NCBI GenBank assembly: GCA_022508525.1
Contig: JAFLVA010000001.1
Coordinates: forward strand, 8,084-72,083
Length of the DNA: 64,000 nucleotides
Reading direction: 5' to 3'
Source: Erysipelotrichales bacterium
GTDB taxonomy: Bacteria; Bacillota_I; Bacilli_A; RFN20; CAG-826
Part shown: one piece after another, positions 59,505 to 64,000 of the stretch
How the letters are laid out: every line of letters begins with the position of its first letter
Position numbering within the stretch: the stretch's first letter is position 1
Translations under genes and position numbers: made by a program
The notes under the pieces: generated by a model
What the model saw: only the letters and a program-made list of their open reading frames with translations
The model's database searches: none
Told to the model about the DNA's origin: nothing

Positions 59505-61200
59505 AACATTCGCCACCTTTCTTGTATTCGTCTGCGTCTCTTGCTTCTTTGTATTTTACAGCACAGACTAATGGTTTTCTACGGGCTTCATTAGATTCAA
59601 TGTATTCTAATTTTTCAATGAATTCAGTCCATGTTTTTTCCATAGCGCTCTTATCTGTGTATTCATAATAAGCACGTGTGTTATGGATGTACATATTGAT
59701 AGCTTCTTCTAATGTTAAATCACCAAATTTGATTTCATTATTATATGTGAAGTTATCTTCTCCGAAATAATATTCGAATATTGATGTATCGAGTAATCTG
59801 TCATAGCTTTCAACAGCTGTTTTGATTTTCTCTTTACGTTTGTTGTATTCAACATTTTCTTTTTCGTTGAATCCAACATATGTTGTACCGATTCTATCTT
59901 TATCATTGTACCAATCAGCATTGTGTTTATAGTCATAGTAATTTGCTAATTCAACAGAATCTTCTGTTAAACCAGATTTTTCAATTACGATAAAGAAGAT
60001 TCCTTGATAGCTATCACCAGAACCAGAACGTACAGCAAGGATTGGTTTTCCAGTTGTTGTACATAATACATATGTATCATCAGCAACAAGACCTTTTAAT
60101 CCGTTTTCTTCAGATGGAGCGACAAATCCAGGTAAGTTTTGTGCTTCTTCTGCTGTAGCTGTGATTAATGCAATTCTACGTGAGTTGAATAAATGATTGA
60201 AGTAAATATTACGTGGGTAAAAGTTAGGATCATCGTCATTTACTTTTAGACCATAACTATCTGTAACATCTACAAGAGAATCCATCTCCATAACTTGTTT
60301 GTATGGTATTTGGTCGATTTCAGCGTGATCTGCATAATAACCTTCAGCCTTGTCTGACATACCAATTCTAGAAACTCTCTTATCTTTTCCTTCATAAGCA
60401 TTTTCTTTATTTGCATTATAGATTCTATCAAAAGCATAGACACCTAATTTAAATTCATTTACATATGAAGTATCAAGGGTAACAATATCACCTTCACCAA
60501 AGTTTTGAGCAGAACTTGTATCTCCAGATAAACTTTGTGCAACAGAACCAAAAGAATCTCCACGTGCTAAACGTTTGATAGCAGCGATTAAGTTTCTTGC
60601 TTCTTGTTCTGTGATTTGACCCTTATAACCAGCATCAGAATCTGAAGCTGATACATTGATAAGCATATGACTAATGTGATATGGAACTTTAGTGTTGATA
60701 TAATCTTTTAATAGTTTATATCTTTCACTTTCTTCTGCTGTTTCATTATCATTTTCTGCAAAATAATTTTCTCTAGCTTTTGTCTTCAATTGTTCGTAGA
60801 TGAATTTGTCTTTTAATTCGCTTAAATTTTCTACACCGTTTGATTCTAAAATAGCATCAAGTTCATCGCTATATTTTGTTCCGTTTGTTTCAGCATTTGA
60901 TTTAGCCTTATCTTTTTGTTGGTTAACACTACGTTCTGCTGAATTCTTAATTTCTTCTGTTACAGGAATAGAAGCACGAATTACAACTTCACAAATAGCG
61001 TTATAGTAACTAGTAATACCATTTGACTTTGTGATATATCTATCGAAGATTTTATCAATGTCAATTTGTTTAGCATTTTCATTACCGTTGTTGATTGTTA
61101 AAATTGCACCAGGTTTTTTGCTAACAGGATCACAACTGGTGAGGGTCATTCCACCAACCATGAGAGCAACTAAACCGATTGCAAGGTTACGTTTCTTCAT
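59485..61200 (-). CDS. Large PrsA-like parvulin lipoprotein
   Basis: LTSC lipobox; YHISHMLI, GDSFGSVAQSLSGDTSSA..FG, YVNEF parvulin motifs; hit/yhaM synteny. Confidence 0.78.
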   Translation of the reverse strand: MKKRNLAIGLVALMVGGMTLTSCDPVSKKPGAILTINNGNENAKQIDIDKIFDRYITKSNGITSYYNAICEVVIRASIPVTEEIKNSAERSVNQQKDKAKSNAETNGTKYSDELDAILESNGVENLSELKDKFIYEQLKTKARENYFAENDNETAEESERYKLLKDYINTKVPYHISHMLINVSASDSDAGYKGQITEQEARNLIAAIKRLARGDSFGSVAQSLSGDTSSAQNFGEGDIVTLDTSYVNEFKLGVYAFDRIYNANKENAYEGKDKRVSRIGMSDKAEGYYADHAEIDQIPYKQVMEMDSLVDVTDSYGLKVNDDDPNFYPRNIYFNHLFNSRRIALITATAEEAQNLPGFVAPSEENGLKGLVADDTYVLCTTTGKPILAVRSGSGDSYQGIFFIVIEKSGLTEDSVELANYYDYKHNADWYNDKDRIGTTYVGFNEKENVEYNKRKEKIKTAVESYDRLLDTSIFEYYFGEDNFTYNNEIKFGDLTLEEAINMYIHNTRAYYEYTDKSAMEKTWTEFIEKLEYIESNEARRKPLVCAVKYKEARDADEYKKGGECYVEKIQ

Positions 61201-61232
61201 ACAGTTTATCCTCCTTATAAAACATAAGCGTA

Positions 61233-61264
61233 ATTATTGTATACAATAATACTTAACAATTCAA
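61233..61264 (-). promoter_or_regulatory. sigmaA promoter with an 18-bp palindrome over the -10
   Basis: TTGAAT-17-TACAAT on the minus strand; ATTATTGTATACAATAAT perfect palindrome. Confidence 0.55.
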
Positions 61265-61398
61265 GAACTTTTTGTATTAATTGACATTTATGGAAACAAT
61301 ACTAGTCCAATTTGGGCTTTTTTTATTAAAAGTTTTAAAAATCGTGTCTAAAATAAATCTTTTGCATAGTATAACGTGAAAAACAAAGGAGGAATATT

Positions 61399-61506
61399 AT
61401 GAATCCAAATATAGGATATCAAAACAACGGCTTCGGCTCCGCTTTTGCCTTCATTCTTGTTCTTTTCATTTTGATTGCTATTATTGGTTGCTTCGGCGGC
61501 TGCTAA
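61399..61506 (+). CDS. YjcZ/SscA-family small sporulation protein (35 aa, not in ORF track)
   Basis: MNPNIGYQNNGFGSAFAFILVLFILIAIIGCFGGC; AAAGGAGG RBS; FAxILVLFILxxIIG signature. Confidence 0.88.
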   Translation: MNPNIGYQNNGFGSAFAFILVLFILIAIIGCFGGC

Positions 61507-61538
61507 TAAAGTAATTGTTTATTTTGGGAGGTGAATGT

Positions 61539-61634
61539 ATGAACAACAGTTATTTTGCAATAATCCTTGTATTATTTATCCTACTCGTCATTATCGGTTA
61601 CGGTTGCTGGACTGGATGCGGATGTGGTTGCTAA
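61539..61634 (+). CDS. YjcZ/SscA-family small sporulation protein (31 aa, not in ORF track)
   Basis: MNNSYFAIILVLFILLVIIGYGCWTGCGCGC; GGAGGTG RBS. Confidence 0.88.
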   Translation: MNNSYFAIILVLFILLVIIGYGCWTGCGCGC

Positions 61635-61637
61635 ATT

Positions 61638-61667
61638 AAAGGGGCAAAGGTGACTTTGCTCTTTTTT
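61638..61667 (+). terminator. Terminator after the YjcZ pair
   Basis: AAAGGGGCAAAG-gtga-CTTTGCTCTTT-TTT. Confidence 0.8.
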
Positions 61668-61743
61668 ATTTTTTAAAAATATTTTTATCGCTTTTGTTGT
61701 AGATATGCTCTCTCTAGTGTAAAATAATTAAAGTTTTGGGAGC

Positions 61744-62580
61744 GTGAAACAAATGGCTAAATTAGAAATTATTGATCTGCATGCTAGTGTAGATGGTAAA
61801 GAGATTTTAAAAGGTGTTAATCTTAGTGTTTCAACTAATGAAACAGTTGCGTTACTTGGTCCAAATGGTCATGGTAAATCTACTTTACTTGCTGTTATTA
61901 TGGGCCATCCAAGATACACGGTTACAAGTGGTAAAATTTTACTAGATGGCAAAGATGTTTTAGCAATGACTATTGATGAAAGATCAAGGGCAGGACTATT
62001 TTTAGGAATGCAATATCCTAGTGAAGTTCCAGGTGTAATTAATGCTGATTTCTTGAAAGCTGCTATAAATGCGCACAGAGAAAAACCAATCACGCTTTTT
62101 CAATTTTACCGTTCATTAGAAAAAAACTCTAAAGAAATGAAAATTTCTCTAGATATGGCTAATAGATCATTAAATGAAGGATTTTCAGGTGGGGAAAAGA
62201 AACGTAATGAAATACTTCAAATGCGTTTGCTAAATCCTGATTTTGCTATGCTAGATGAAATAGATTCTGGCTTAGATGTTGATGCTTTACAAACTGTTAG
62301 TGAAGCAATAAAAAAACAACAAGAAAGTGGAACTGGCTTTTTGGTAATTTCACATTATGCAAGACTATATTCTTTAATTGCGCCTACTAGAGTGGCTGTA
62401 ATGGTTAATGGACGTATTGCAGTTGAAGGTGGAAAAGAAATTATTGATAAAATTGATACCACAGGTTTTGAATGGATCAATACAGAATTAGGTATTAGTG
62501 TTGAAAAAGAGCAACCTAATATGCGTGATGTATCTATTGGAAGCTGTGCAACGAGAGAGGCAATTAACAGTGGAAAATAG
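61744..62580 (+). CDS. sufC: Fe-S cluster assembly ATPase
   Basis: GPNGHGKST, NEGFSGGEKKRNEILQ, LDEIDSGLDVDA. Confidence 0.97.
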   Translation: MKQMAKLEIIDLHASVDGKEILKGVNLSVSTNETVALLGPNGHGKSTLLAVIMGHPRYTVTSGKILLDGKDVLAMTIDERSRAGLFLGMQYPSEVPGVINADFLKAAINAHREKPITLFQFYRSLEKNSKEMKISLDMANRSLNEGFSGGEKKRNEILQMRLLNPDFAMLDEIDSGLDVDALQTVSEAIKKQQESGTGFLVISHYARLYSLIAPTRVAVMVNGRIAVEGGKEIIDKIDTTGFEWINTELGISVEKEQPNMRDVSIGSCATREAINSGK

Positions 62581-63415
62581 TTTGTTAAATATGGAAGGTA
62601 TAAGCCGTACTTTTTTGCAAAATACTCTAGTTATTTCAATTGGAAAATTAGCAAAATTTGACGAAAGGATTATATTACCTCTCGATAAAATTGAAGCAAA
62701 CGATATTGAAATAATTTGTAAAGAAGATAGCAAGGTAAAACTTCTAATTAAAAACTATAAAAACAATGCAAACATTATTATTAAAATAGAAAAAAACGCA
62801 GAATTTACATTGAATTTTATATCAATTGATGATGCTGCAAAAGGAAAATATCATTTTGTTTTAGAGAATAATTCTCGAGCAATGGTCGCAATGGCAGATT
62901 TGGCTAAAGGCGATATTAATATTGATGTTTTGTTTGATTTAATTGGTGACAATTCTAGTGCAGAATGGCATTTAGCATCTCTTGGAGCAAATAATGATAA
63001 TAAAATATTTAATATCAATTTTAATCATGTTGGCAAAGATACAAGCGGTATTATGGCAAATTATGGCGTTGTTGAAGATGAATCTTTCATGCATTTTAAA
63101 GGTGACTCTTACATTCAAAAAGGATCAATTAGATCAAAAGCTCATCAAAGTGCAAAGATTATGGTTTTTGATGAAAAGTGTCATGCAAAGGCAAATCCAA
63201 TATTGAAAATAGATGAAAATGATATTGAAGCTAGCCACGCTGCCGTTGTAGGTAAAGTAAATGAGGAACATATGTATTATTTATGTTCTCGTGGTATAAG
63301 TGAAAATGATGCAAAACAATTAATTACATTTGGATATTTAAAGCCAATTGCTAATTATTTTACAGACAAAAACGATGTGGAATTTATCTTAAATGGTATA
63401 GAAAAGAGGCTATAA
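62570..63415 (+). CDS. sufD: Fe-S cluster assembly protein SufD (start corrected to GTG 62570)
   Basis: ANPILKIDENDIEASHAAVVG, YYLCSRGI. Confidence 0.9.
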   Translation: MENSLLNMEGISRTFLQNTLVISIGKLAKFDERIILPLDKIEANDIEIICKEDSKVKLLIKNYKNNANIIIKIEKNAEFTLNFISIDDAAKGKYHFVLENNSRAMVAMADLAKGDINIDVLFDLIGDNSSAEWHLASLGANNDNKIFNINFNHVGKDTSGIMANYGVVEDESFMHFKGDSYIQKGSIRSKAHQSAKIMVFDEKCHAKANPILKIDENDIEASHAAVVGKVNEEHMYYLCSRGISENDAKQLITFGYLKPIANYFTDKNDVEFILNGIEKRL

Positions 63416-63417
63416 TT

Positions 63418-64000
63418 ATGAAAAAATATGAACAATTATTGCTTGATTTTCCTATTTTAAATAAGAAAATGCAAAATCATCGTCTAGTGTATTTAGATAA
63501 TGCTGCTACAACATTTAAACCAAATGCTGTATTAGAAGCAATCGAAGATTATTATGAAAATTATTGCGCAAATACACATCGTGGTGATTATGATTTGGCG
63601 CACACTGCTGATGTAAAATATGATGAGGCACGTGAAATTGTCGCTAAATTTATTAATGCCGAAAAGAATGAAGTAGTATTTACTGCAGGAACAAGCATGT
63701 CGATTAATATGATTGCTTATGGATATGCAATGAAATTCCTTAAACCAGAAGATGAAATATTAATTACAGAGGCTGAACACGCTTCTAATGTTTTACCATG
63801 GTTTAGTGTAGCAAAAGAAATTGGATGCACTATAAAGTATATACCTCTAACTAAAGAAGGTAGACTTACTCCTGAAAACGTTAAAAATGCGATGAATGAG
63901 CACACAAAAATTGTTGCAATTGCTCAAGTAACTAATGTTTTAGGATATTATGTTGATATAAAGAACATTGCAAAAATTGTACATGAATTTGGTGCTTTAA
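63418..64000 (+). CDS. sufS: Cysteine desulfurase SufS (3' partial)
   Basis: DFPIL...LVYLDNAATTFKP, ANTHRG, EHASNVLPW. Confidence 0.95.
   Translation, partial: MKKYEQLLLDFPILNKKMQNHRLVYLDNAATTFKPNAVLEAIEDYYENYCANTHRGDYDLAHTADVKYDEAREIVAKFINAEKNEVVFTAGTSMSINMIAYGYAMKFLKPEDEILITEAEHASNVLPWFSVAKEIGCTIKYIPLTKEGRLTPENVKNAMNEHTKIVAIAQVTNVLGYYVDIKNIAKIVHEFGAL

Noticed and set aside
61281-61325. TTGACA plus small hairpin AGTCCAA-T-TTGGGCT-T-tract as a small RNA
   Set aside because: No correctly spaced -10 and no room for a transcript; more likely an insulating terminator or chance.
1-64000. CRISPR array, IS element, prophage, dif site or UGA-Trp recoding
   Set aside because: No spaced identical repeats, transposase or phage genes, or dif consensus were seen by eye. 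Core genes are intact in code 11 and TGA is used as a stop.

Overview
A 64 kb chromosomal window from an AT-rich Bacillota (Bacilli) genome read with genetic code 11 (TGA ends xerC and the SDR gene; Trp is TGG). Gene content resembles uncultured gut or rumen Bacilli related to Erysipelotrichales and Mollicutes; this placement is inference. Bases 1-28.5 kb are the conserved ffh-rpsP-rimM-trmD-rplS-lepB-rbgA-rnhB-dprA-topA-trmFO-xerC-rpsB-tsf-pyrH-frr-uppS-cdsA-dxr-rseP-polC backbone. Within it the rpsP-trmD block is inverted and an ECF sigma plus membrane-anchored serpin cassette is inserted after ffh. After tRNA-Pro(CGG) an accessory region (about 28.7-46 kb) holds lipid-related enzymes, membrane and surface proteins, a NiCo riboswitch with a CDF exporter, an unexplained structured leader, an orphan ferritin-like gene and an M60 peptidase. 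Bases 46-64 kb hold a thioesterase, ABC-F, SDR, a fluoride riboswitch with a cation:proton antiporter, LemA, GtrA/GT4/RecX/YhaM, two large PrsA-like lipoproteins with HIT, two unannotated YjcZ-like microproteins and sufCDS. The best candidate for an undescribed system is the ECF sigma whose anti-sigma slot is filled by a transmembrane serpin with a non-inhibitory-looking hinge, a putative protease-sensing module. No CRISPR array, IS or prophage was seen.
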